From a virus, in the IMG/VR virus record IMGVR_UViG_3300021375_000011, positions 1-64,000 of that record: DNA of 64,000 bases; one strand, 5' to 3'. The translations under genes were made by a program, and so were the position numbers. Position 1 is the first letter of the stretch. Each line of letters starts with the position of its first letter. This document shows positions 47,553 to 55,294 of the stretch, in pieces. The notes below the pieces were generated by a model. That model saw only the letters and a list, made by a program, of their open reading frames with translations, was not told where the DNA came from and did not search any database.

Positions 47553-49781
47553 CTATCTATGTGCAGCCTGTAATAATTCGGTCTGTATGTTTACGCTACG
47601 GGCCATTGTGGTTGCAATTGCATCCAGTCTGTTTAACTGTGCTTCTGCTAGATTATTAGTTGTATTTCCGGCCATAGCTTGTGAAGCTCCATCTATTTGG
47701 TTGCCAGTACCGCCAAGTGCAGATACCGATCCGCCTAAGTCCATAGCATTATACCCGCCAGCCGGACCTGCGTTTGGAACTATGTTTCCATTCATGCCAC
47801 TCATTAGCAATTCAGGCCCGTCTTCGCCGACTATATATGATTTGCCTGCTTGTACTGGTCCTCCGACTGCTTTTTTTGGTATGTTGGGATTTTTGTTAAA
47901 CAAACTACCCAACCATGAGTCGTCATCAAAGTCAAACATATCCTGCCCAAGACCTTCTTTACCAGCAAAGAATCCACCTAAACCTCCACCGACTCCGCCA
48001 ATTAATGCACCAGCAATCGCACCAAGACTAGAGGTAAGAGGTGCTAGAGGTCCGCCTATTAAACCTAGAGCTGCACCTGCAGCCGCACCTGCGGCTGCTC
48101 CGCCTAATGCTCCACCGCCTGTGGTGACTGCAACGTCACCTGTTTCTACAGTGTCTTTTGCTCCTACACCTGTTAAATTTCTTGCATATGCTTCTGCACC
48201 CATGCTAATCATCTTGTTGATTTCAACCATGGCTGCAGTCATACCTTCTGCCACTGTAGTTGCTGCGGTTCCCATAGCTGGCAACGCACTTAAAGTAATC
48301 TTGTTTACTTCTGTTGCAAAATTACGCATTGCTATTTGTCCGTCAACCAAACCTTGTGTAGCTGCATCTTGAGGGTCTAATGACGCTTTGGTCATTTCAC
48401 CCATTTTTGCTATTTCAGCAGTGGTCGGTACTACACGTTTGTTTGCTTCTAACATGCCTAATGCAATAGTATCAAACGCAGTACCTGCACCAACTATTTT
48501 GGCTAATGCACCAGGACCGCCCATGGCTTCGACACGGTCTTTCATTCCTCGATTTATTTCAGCAGTTGCTTCGGCAGCTGATATTTGTCCTTTTTGCAAG
48601 GCAGCTACTGCTTGTTGTCCTCGCTCTCCTGCGGCTAATAAAAATCCTTGTGCTTCATCAGTAAGAGCGTTTCCAGCCATGATGTCTTGGAAACCTTTAC
48701 CAATGGCTTCATTTTGTTTTGTGAGCTGAGCGGCTGCAAGTTCGACATTTCTACCAGCCTTTTGTCCAATTCGTTCATTTAAATCTTGTACAGCACCGTT
48801 GAAACGTGCATTACGTAATTGTCCTTGTAGTTCTTTCTCTGCTTCGTCAACACTGACACCTGTTAATCTTGCAAGTGTACTAAGTTCTTTTGCATAGTTT
48901 GCTGAACCTTGTGCTAATTCAGCACTGCTCATTTGATCTACTCTTGCAGTTCTTGCTTGTAATTTCAAATAGTTTGCAGTCATTTCGTTCTGTTGCTTGG
49001 CGCCAATTCCCATTGCTTCTAGTTCACGTCTAAACGGTGTCATTGCTTTGCTTATATTAGCAAATCTGTCTACACCGGTAGTTGCAGTTCCAAAAGCAAA
49101 CGCTAGTCCTTCAGAACTATTTTTTGTTACATCTGCAAAGTCTTTAAAACTAATGCCAGCACCAATTGCTTGATTGGCAAGTGAGGTCATTCCGTCAGCA
49201 CCAAGAGCACCTGACTGTGCAACCATTCTAAATGCACTGCCAGCGTTATCAAGTTGCGATGTTACTTGTTTTCCTATCTGTGCCGCTACATCAGCAGTTG
49301 CTTCTGCTAGAGCCGCGGCTGCCTTGCCAGCACCACTTACAAGACCGCCAATTACGCCACCTAGCACAGGAAGGCCTTTCAGTGCCTCACCGAGGCTATC
49401 AGTTACACCACCAACTGCCTTTCCAGCAGTCTTTAAAACACCAGCAGTTAAATCAATTGAACCATTGAGGCTTGAAAAACTTTCTTGTTGTTCTTGTACT
49501 GATGCTGCCGCTGCTATTGTACTTGACGCAAAGTTACCAAGATTTCTTACTGTGCCGCCTAACGCACCTGCAAATCTTGCTGCACCTTTGGTGTTTTTGT
49601 ACGTTTCATCTGTTTGTATTTTTTGTGCATCAGTTTGAGCCTTAGAACCTTTTGAAATTTTTTGCAATGCTTTATCAAGTCTATCGACCTCTTTTGGATC
49701 AACAGTTTTGTTGTTTTTCATCTCAAGTTGTAAAGCCTGTATAGCTCTGGTAAGTTCTTCGATGGTTTGGTCGTCTGCCAT
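47553..49781 (-). CDS. Tape measure-like protein
   Basis: 742-aa Ala/Gly-rich helical protein with hydrophobic Gly-rich segments and a C-terminal AVGGPV..YIVGEDGPEL motif typical of TMPs. Confidence 0.7.
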   Translation of the reverse strand: MADDQTIEELTRAIQALQLEMKNNKTVDPKEVDRLDKALQKISKGSKAQTDAQKIQTDETYKNTKGAARFAGALGGTVRNLGNFASSTIAAAASVQEQQESFSSLNGSIDLTAGVLKTAGKAVGGVTDSLGEALKGLPVLGGVIGGLVSGAGKAAAALAEATADVAAQIGKQVTSQLDNAGSAFRMVAQSGALGADGMTSLANQAIGAGISFKDFADVTKNSSEGLAFAFGTATTGVDRFANISKAMTPFRRELEAMGIGAKQQNEMTANYLKLQARTARVDQMSSAELAQGSANYAKELSTLARLTGVSVDEAEKELQGQLRNARFNGAVQDLNERIGQKAGRNVELAAAQLTKQNEAIGKGFQDIMAGNALTDEAQGFLLAAGERGQQAVAALQKGQISAAEATAEINRGMKDRVEAMGGPGALAKIVGAGTAFDTIALGMLEANKRVVPTTAEIAKMGEMTKASLDPQDAATQGLVDGQIAMRNFATEVNKITLSALPAMGTAATTVAEGMTAAMVEINKMISMGAEAYARNLTGVGAKDTVETGDVAVTTGGGALGGAAAGAAAGAALGLIGGPLAPLTSSLGAIAGALIGGVGGGLGGFFAGKEGLGQDMFDFDDDSWLGSLFNKNPNIPKKAVGGPVQAGKSYIVGEDGPELLMSGMNGNIVPNAGPAGGYNAMDLGGSVSALGGTGNQIDGASQAMAGNTTNNLAEAQLNRLDAIATTMARSVNIQTELLQAAHR

Positions 49782-49806
49782 TAATTAAAAGCCCGTTTTT
49801 TTGCCG

Positions 49807-49832
49807 TATAAGTACATTATCAACTGTATTTA
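49807..49832. promoter_or_regulatory. Face-to-face late promoters for TMP and gp26
   Basis: Plus strand TATAAGTA at 49807-49814; minus strand TAAATA at 49832-49827. Confidence 0.55.
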
Positions 49833-49845
49833 TGTAGGAAAAAAC

Positions 49846-50682
49846 ATGGAAGTAAAACAAGAGAATCCACTTGCGAAACATTTTAGGCAACCAGCGATTT
49901 ATATTAAATTACCAACTGGCGGTGCATGGAATGATGAAACAAGTATAAAGACTACTCCAAACCAAGAATACGCAGTTTATCCAATGACTGCACTTGATGA
50001 GATAAGTTACAGAACTGCTGATGCACTGTTCAACGGTTCAGCAGTAGCAGATGTAATAAAAAGTTGTATTCCAGATATTATTGATCCATGGCAGATAAGC
50101 ACTGCTGATCTTGACACACTACTAATATCAATACGCATTGCAAGTTTTGGTCATGAAATGGATTTCACAAGTAAATGTCCAAAGTGTGAGGAAACAAACG
50201 ACTTTGCAATAGATTTAAGACAAATATTAGAGCAGATCAAAATGCCGGATTTCAGCGAACCAGTCACTAACGGTGACATCACAATTTACTTCAAGCCGTT
50301 ATCTTACAAAGATCAAAACGACAATAACTCACAACAGTTTCAAGATCAAAAAATGTTAGAATCACTGCCAACTGCGGAGATTCCCGAAGCTGAAAAAATA
50401 GAAGCACTAAGGCAGGCATTTACAAACATTAGTGTTCTCACACTAAATGCAATATCTGATAGTATTGCTATGATAAAGAGTGGTGATGATGTTGTAGTTG
50501 ACAAAGAATTCATCAAAGAATATCTACAGAATTGCGACAATAAAGCATTTGATAAGATACGAAAGAAGATCGAAAGTATAAAAGAAAGTCAAGAAATCAA
50601 ACCATTGCTTATTGTATGTGCTGATTGTAAACACGAATACAATACACCTTTCACACTGAATGTTGCAAATTTTTTCGTATAA
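49846..50682 (+). CDS. gp26: Baseplate hub assembly protein gp26-like
   Basis: IKLPTGG..YPMTALDE..DLDTLLISIRIASFG..CPKC...CADCKHEY..NFF; the start is placed at ATG 49846. Confidence 0.8.
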   Translation: MEVKQENPLAKHFRQPAIYIKLPTGGAWNDETSIKTTPNQEYAVYPMTALDEISYRTADALFNGSAVADVIKSCIPDIIDPWQISTADLDTLLISIRIASFGHEMDFTSKCPKCEETNDFAIDLRQILEQIKMPDFSEPVTNGDITIYFKPLSYKDQNDNNSQQFQDQKMLESLPTAEIPEAEKIEALRQAFTNISVLTLNAISDSIAMIKSGDDVVVDKEFIKEYLQNCDNKAFDKIRKKIESIKESQEIKPLLIVCADCKHEYNTPFTLNVANFFV

Positions 50683-50906
50683 GGCTCTTAACGTCTACAC
50701 CTGAACAAATTGAAAAGATAATCTCAGATATGGACAACGAAGTTAAGAGCCTGAAGCAAGACTTGTTAAAAATGTGTTGGTTTATGCGTGGCGGAGTTAC
50801 CTATCAAGAAATTGTAAGTATGAGTGGCCCTGAACGTGAAATGATGGGTAAACTAATTAAAGAAAACTTAGAAACTGCAAAGAAAACCGGACAACCGTTT
50901 TGGTAA
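50676..50906 (+). CDS. gp51-like hub assembly protein, probably expressed by -1 frameshift from gp26 (alternative ATG 50730)
   Basis: The -1 frame reads RIRLLTSTPEQIEKIISDMDNEVKSLKQDLLKMCWFMRGGVTYQEIVSMSGPEREMMGKLIKENLETAKKTGQPFW*. Slippery AAATTTTTTC at 50667-50676. Confidence 0.7.
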   Translation, partial: RIRLLTSTPEQIEKIISDMDNEVKSLKQDLLKMCWFMRGGVTYQEIVSMSGPEREMMGKLIKENLETAKKTGQPFW

Positions 50907-51409
50907 TAGATCAAGTAAAAGCAGACATTGAACAGTGGTTGGTTAACTTTGTTGAAGTTCCGCACCCTGCATTAGGCAACTTTCCGCCTTGTCCTTTTGC
51001 CCGGCAAGCAAGACTACGCAACAAGTATGATGTTAGACTCGGAGATGATCTCGAACGTGATTTGTTTCTGTTTGCTAAGAAAAAATACTTAGGCAAAAAT
51101 GATGTGGTCATATATGCTTATCCTCCCGAGCAATATGATGATGCATACTTTAATTTTGTTGTTGATGTTGTTAACACTTCAAAAGGATTTACTAAACGTA
51201 ATCTTTTGGCACTTGCTGACCACCCAGACACTGTTGAAGAACAAAATGGTGTGTGCTTTAACATGGGTAAATATGCACTTGTACTCATACAAGATAAAAC
51301 AAAACTTCAGGACCATGCACGTATGTTAGCTCACCGAGGATACTATGATGATTGGGACGAAGAATATCTGCAAGAAATATTTGCACACAGAAAAGACCCA
51401 AGAAAATGA
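50900..51409 (+). CDS. DUF1415-like protein (CPFA motif)
   Basis: IEQWLVNFV..PCPFARQA..DHP..GYY; the start codon is uncertain. Confidence 0.55.
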   Translation: MVIDQVKADIEQWLVNFVEVPHPALGNFPPCPFARQARLRNKYDVRLGDDLERDLFLFAKKKYLGKNDVVIYAYPPEQYDDAYFNFVVDVVNTSKGFTKRNLLALADHPDTVEEQNGVCFNMGKYALVLIQDKTKLQDHARMLAHRGYYDDWDEEYLQEIFAHRKDPRK

Positions 51410-51843
51410 TATACGCAAGAATTAACCTAAGCGAAACTAACTATGAAGTTATACCTGAATACAAGAAAGTAAAACTTCCTCCAATAGTTCCAAACACACT
51501 AGAAGCAATCTATAATGCCTATTGTATTCATAAAAAGTTTAAAAGTGTTATGCCAATATTCGACGAAGAATACTATGACGAAAAAAATGAAGTATTTGGG
51601 TACTATGACAAGGAAGAAAAACTGGTTGCATTCAGTCTGTTTCGATGTTATAATAGTAAGAACGTTGAAGCAGTACAATTTGCTTGGGACTATGCAAACC
51701 CAGGATTGCGTTTAGGCATACGCAGTTTAAAAAACGAATGTGCAATATATAAAAAACGCGGTTTTGACTTTTTGTACTTAGGTCAAGCAGATGATTACAA
51801 AACAAAAATTGACGGATTTGAAATACTAGGAGGAAGATTATAA
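51406..51843 (+). CDS. GNAT-fold protein resembling arginyl/leucyl-tRNA-protein transferase (ATE1/Bpt) C-terminal domain
   Basis: IYNAYC..KLVAFS..AVQFAWDY..LRLGIRSL..KKRGFDFLYLG..YKTKIDGFEIL parallels the ATE_C pattern SLG..YLYLG..YK..F.P.E.L. Confidence 0.6.
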   Translation: MIYARINLSETNYEVIPEYKKVKLPPIVPNTLEAIYNAYCIHKKFKSVMPIFDEEYYDEKNEVFGYYDKEEKLVAFSLFRCYNSKNVEAVQFAWDYANPGLRLGIRSLKNECAIYKKRGFDFLYLGQADDYKTKIDGFEILGGRL

Positions 51844-52160
51844 TGAACGTTTACACAGTTTATGCCGATGTAAAAGAAGGTATAGATGCACGAACTTTTG
51901 TTGCTAACATGAAGCTTTTCCTAGATAAATTACCCACTATGCATGCCTACAGAATCACAAGAATGAAGCTAGGATTCCGTTCAATGGACTTGCCAGAGTT
52001 TAGAATTGATATGGAATTTGAAACCATGCAGGCACTGGATGATGCTATGAGTCATGTGGTAGCAAACGTAGATGATATTGAAACAGAACACGTAGGTTTC
52101 AATCAATGGGTAGATGTAGAAACCATACAACACTTTCTCTACAGAGACTATCCAGACTAA
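51843..52160 (+). CDS. DUF6614-like dimeric alpha/beta barrel protein
   Basis: MNVYTVYADVKEG..YRITRMKLGF..LPEFRIDMEFETMQALDDAM..LYRDYPD. Confidence 0.6.
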   Translation: MNVYTVYADVKEGIDARTFVANMKLFLDKLPTMHAYRITRMKLGFRSMDLPEFRIDMEFETMQALDDAMSHVVANVDDIETEHVGFNQWVDVETIQHFLYRDYPD

Positions 52161-52756
52161 CACCAGCCATTAGAATAATCTTCTAACATAACCTGCCGTA
52201 TACGCAGTCGTTGTAGATCAGTGGGTCCTGCTCGCATGGTGTTGTCACGGCGATGATGTGTGTCCAATGCTGGCACACCAAGTATTCCTGCTATCTTATG
52301 TACATGTTTATAATTGTAGATATGTGTGTAGACAGCTCTGTTGGAACCAAGTCGTGCAGTGTTTGTTTCGCAGTGATCTGCTACGTTTGGATTTTGTCGA
52401 TACACTGCAATGTCTTTGAGAAAGTTGGTTAGACTAGGTGATTTAATCCACAAATTTTTATTTGCCGGATTGCTCATGGTATGATAGAAACCACTTACAA
52501 ACTTATCAATAGGATCACGCCACAGTGCTATGCGTATGTCTGCGTCTAGAAGCTCTGACTCAAACTCCTCAAATGATCTAGCCTTATTGTACACACCAGG
52601 TGCTTCGTTTTGAAAGTTTTGATAGAACTGTTCTTCTTTAGGATCAGCATTCCATAATGCTTGTGCTACATAACTCAACATAGTCGTAGTACTACATTTA
52701 TGATTACGCACTATTGCTATAGTTCTATTATTGTGCTTAAACTTTATCAATCCCAT
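52157..52756 (-). CDS. Sulfotransferase family 2-like protein
   Basis: 5'-PSB-like NHKCSTTT and 3'-PB WRDPIDKFVSGF motifs; C-terminal EDY. TAAATA lies 5 nt before ATG 52756. Confidence 0.75.
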   Translation of the reverse strand: MGLIKFKHNNRTIAIVRNHKCSTTTMLSYVAQALWNADPKEEQFYQNFQNEAPGVYNKARSFEEFESELLDADIRIALWRDPIDKFVSGFYHTMSNPANKNLWIKSPSLTNFLKDIAVYRQNPNVADHCETNTARLGSNRAVYTHIYNYKHVHKIAGILGVPALDTHHRRDNTMRAGPTDLQRLRIRQVMLEDYSNGWC

Positions 52757-52787
52757 ATGCTTATTTAATAAGATGTCTAAAGACATC

Positions 52788-53275
52788 TATTGCTTCGCTT
52801 TGCTTCAGCAATATTTTTATTACGAGTGTAACGAAGTAATCAGTTATCATCTAGATAGTTTAGTCATACTTGCCCTACTACGGGCAAGTGAACTGAAAAG
52901 ATGTCATCATCTGAGTTATCCAGTCATTTGAATAAAGAGATTTACATTACTGTATCAGGGGCGGTTGTGCTGTACCCCTTACTCTAGCCTTGTCTCACAA
53001 CGGAGCGTTTGGTATACCCCTTCAAACAAAGTATACAAACGTATGGGTTGTATCTGTTTCACAGAGCCCATGTCATTCTAGCCTTAAGTTAGCCTTATCC
53101 TTTGACGCACCAGTTCTGTCGGCTACAACTCGCGTTGGCAGACCTCAAGGTGGATCGAGGTTCCTCGATCAAACGATGTCATATTAGCTTGGGAAATTTA
53201 AAAAGTTGCTCTGAGCATTGCTCTAGTAGTGCCTGTGTCATACTTGTTTATGACAATATAATCTGGGGGTTTAAT
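52788..53275. ncRNA. Putative structured non-coding element (ncRNA or replication origin)
   Basis: About 480 nt with no credible ORF in an otherwise gene-dense genome. It has 8 inverted repeats and three TAGCCTT copies. Confidence 0.5.
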
Positions 53276-53683
53276 TTACTCTTTTAATATGCCTTTTTGG
53301 TGTACACGGACCCGTATGTGCCCATTATACCATTGTTTTGATTCTAGTACTTTGTGTGTGAATTGTTCTCTTGCTTCAATGTAACTGAGTTCACTTTTAC
53401 TGCTACACCAAAACATGATTTCACGTTTAAACTTGTCTTTTCCTAATAGTTCCACATCTGCAGTAAGTTCATCACTACTTCCATAATAGTCTCGCCAATC
53501 GCTTTCAACTGTATACCTACGTTTGTTTGTTCTTCCCTTCAGAGGCTTCTTACTGCGTTTAAACTGAGTAAGTTTCTTGCCAATGTACTTTCTATCATTG
53601 GTAGTATTTGTTATCAAATATACAAACCCTATGAACTCTGCAGGAATTTCAGTTACTTCTTTATTTTTGTATAGCCATGTCAT
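53276..53683 (-). CDS. Minimal GIY-YIG (Seg-like) nuclease
   Basis: GFVYLITN..KYIGKK..YYGSS..FKREI..EAREQ..YN. Only the catalytic domain is present (135 aa). Confidence 0.8.
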   Translation of the reverse strand: MTWLYKNKEVTEIPAEFIGFVYLITNTTNDRKYIGKKLTQFKRSKKPLKGRTNKRRYTVESDWRDYYGSSDELTADVELLGKDKFKREIMFWCSSKSELSYIEAREQFTHKVLESKQWYNGHIRVRVHQKGILKE

Positions 53684-54771
53684 CAGTTTGTTTCATAGCC
53701 AACTGCATAATTTTCATCTACTACTTCGGCCCTGCATTTGAGACTGCACTCAACCCAGGTGTCCTTGTGCATACTGTCAAAAAACTTTTGCCACAGATCG
53801 TGATTAAGTACTTCTTCAAAACTCAAACCGTTTTTTATATTTAGAATCTGTCTATATTTCTCAAAAAAACTTTCTTTGTACACACTGGTTTTGTTACCAT
53901 AACTCATTGCATCATAAGGGAAACTAGTCCAACTGCATGGATGCAATGTGCCTTCTGCATTTACATACATGCCTCTATTGCCAATCTTACAAAGAGGTAC
54001 AATGCCGTTTATAGGTTTTGTATGCAAATATTTTTGCAAATTTGTTGTCATATAATGTTCTGTATTTTGTATTCTATTTTTTAATTTTTGAATGTGTCTT
54101 TCATATCTATCTGTTTTGCTTATGTACTCATTGCGTGGTTCTAGTGTATCCTTACCATAAGCACCATCATATTTGCTACTGAACTTTGTGCTTTTGGTCC
54201 ATTGTATACTGTCGCATCCATTTTGCTTTGCTAGGTCAATGATAGCACTGGTATGATCTTGATTAAAAGCAAAGTATATGGCTGCCCAGTTTACAAATGC
54301 CGAGGACTTATGCCCCATAATACGCATACCCTCCATGATGCTTTTGAAATTATTGTTTACTCTATACAAGTTGTTGCTTTCTTGATCATAACCATCCACA
54401 CTAAAGTTTATGGTATCATATTCGTTGCTGATATCTGCAAATTGTTCCCACCAGGTAGAAGTTTTATAACTTCCATTTGTGATTGTGTACACATGGCAAG
54501 TTGGTTTGATAGTTTTGATATATTCTACAATTTTTAAATAATCTTTACAATAGATACTGTCACCAACATCACCGCACATGGTAAAACGTTGTACGTACTC
54601 GCTGATAAAATCAGCAGTAAAAGCACTCTGAAATTGTTCCAAACTTAGTTCTTTGTTTAGCCAAGGAGTATCGGGCATTTCTGTTCTAGGACATCTTGGA
54701 CACTTCAAACTGCATTTACTGCTAGGTTCAATATGCCAATGATAAAATTGCCAACCGTACTTGTTATACAT
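53683..54771 (-). CDS. Radical SAM protein with C-terminal SPASM/twitch domain
   Basis: CSLKCPRC, CGDVGD, ITNGS and FSVDG motifs; C-terminal C..YVNAEGTLHPC..CSLKC. Confidence 0.9.
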   Translation of the reverse strand: MYNKYGWQFYHWHIEPSSKCSLKCPRCPRTEMPDTPWLNKELSLEQFQSAFTADFISEYVQRFTMCGDVGDSIYCKDYLKIVEYIKTIKPTCHVYTITNGSYKTSTWWEQFADISNEYDTINFSVDGYDQESNNLYRVNNNFKSIMEGMRIMGHKSSAFVNWAAIYFAFNQDHTSAIIDLAKQNGCDSIQWTKSTKFSSKYDGAYGKDTLEPRNEYISKTDRYERHIQKLKNRIQNTEHYMTTNLQKYLHTKPINGIVPLCKIGNRGMYVNAEGTLHPCSWTSFPYDAMSYGNKTSVYKESFFEKYRQILNIKNGLSFEEVLNHDLWQKFFDSMHKDTWVECSLKCRAEVVDENYAVGYETN

Positions 54772-55294
54772 AAACTGTTATTTCCTTTAGATAAGAATAC
54801 TTAATTGCACAACCAATTGCTTGTGCAACTTTTTCAGCTGGTAGTTTATCACATTCTATATGATCAATCATTGGTGTATCTACTGGCCCTGGACTTACCA
54901 AATGTACTCGACAGTCGGAGTCCTCTTGTGCAATCTGACGAAATGTGTTTTTTAAATCGTTCTTATGAACTCTATATTCCCACGGCTCGTTGTCTTTACT
55001 GCGTTCAAGACGTGGATAATCTGTTATGTAACTTCCTATGTTTACAATAATATTTGGTTTGTTTCTCCATTCGCGATACAAACGTTCAAGCAGTCTACGT
55101 TGTGCCCTGTCTTCATAGGCATTATTAATTAAAACGGTGCAATTTTTTGCCACAATATCTGCAACTATTTCGTCAGACGATTGTATGTTCCATCCATTGG
55201 ATCTGCTATATCCAAAAATTGTGTCGTTATTGAAGTGTTCGACACATGCTTTGCCGATGCCACTGGTGTGTCCGGTGATTGCTATATTAGTCAT
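54764..55294 (-). CDS. Short-chain dehydrogenase/reductase-like protein
   Basis: ITGHTSGIG, LINNA, IVNIGS, YRVHK (YxxxK) and PGPVDT motifs. Confidence 0.85.
   Translation of the reverse strand: MTNIAITGHTSGIGKACVEHFNNDTIFGYSRSNGWNIQSSDEIVADIVAKNCTVLINNAYEDRAQRRLLERLYREWRNKPNIIVNIGSYITDYPRLERSKDNEPWEYRVHKNDLKNTFRQIAQEDSDCRVHLVSPGPVDTPMIDHIECDKLPAEKVAQAIGCAIKYSYLKEITVYV

Noticed and set aside
47587-49638. Plus-strand ORFs opposite the tape-measure gene
   Set aside because: Same antisense artefact; they overlap a well-supported gene completely.
52788-53275. tRNA, tmRNA, RNase P or group I/II intron identity for the structured gap
   Set aside because: No TpsiC/CCA end, tag reading frame, GAGGAAAGUCC, P7 or domain V consensus was recognised by eye, and the flanking genes are not split.
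52731-53287. Short ORFs (61-66 aa) within the structured non-coding gap
   Set aside because: They have non-ATG starts, no RBS and no recognisable motifs; the region is better explained by secondary structure.
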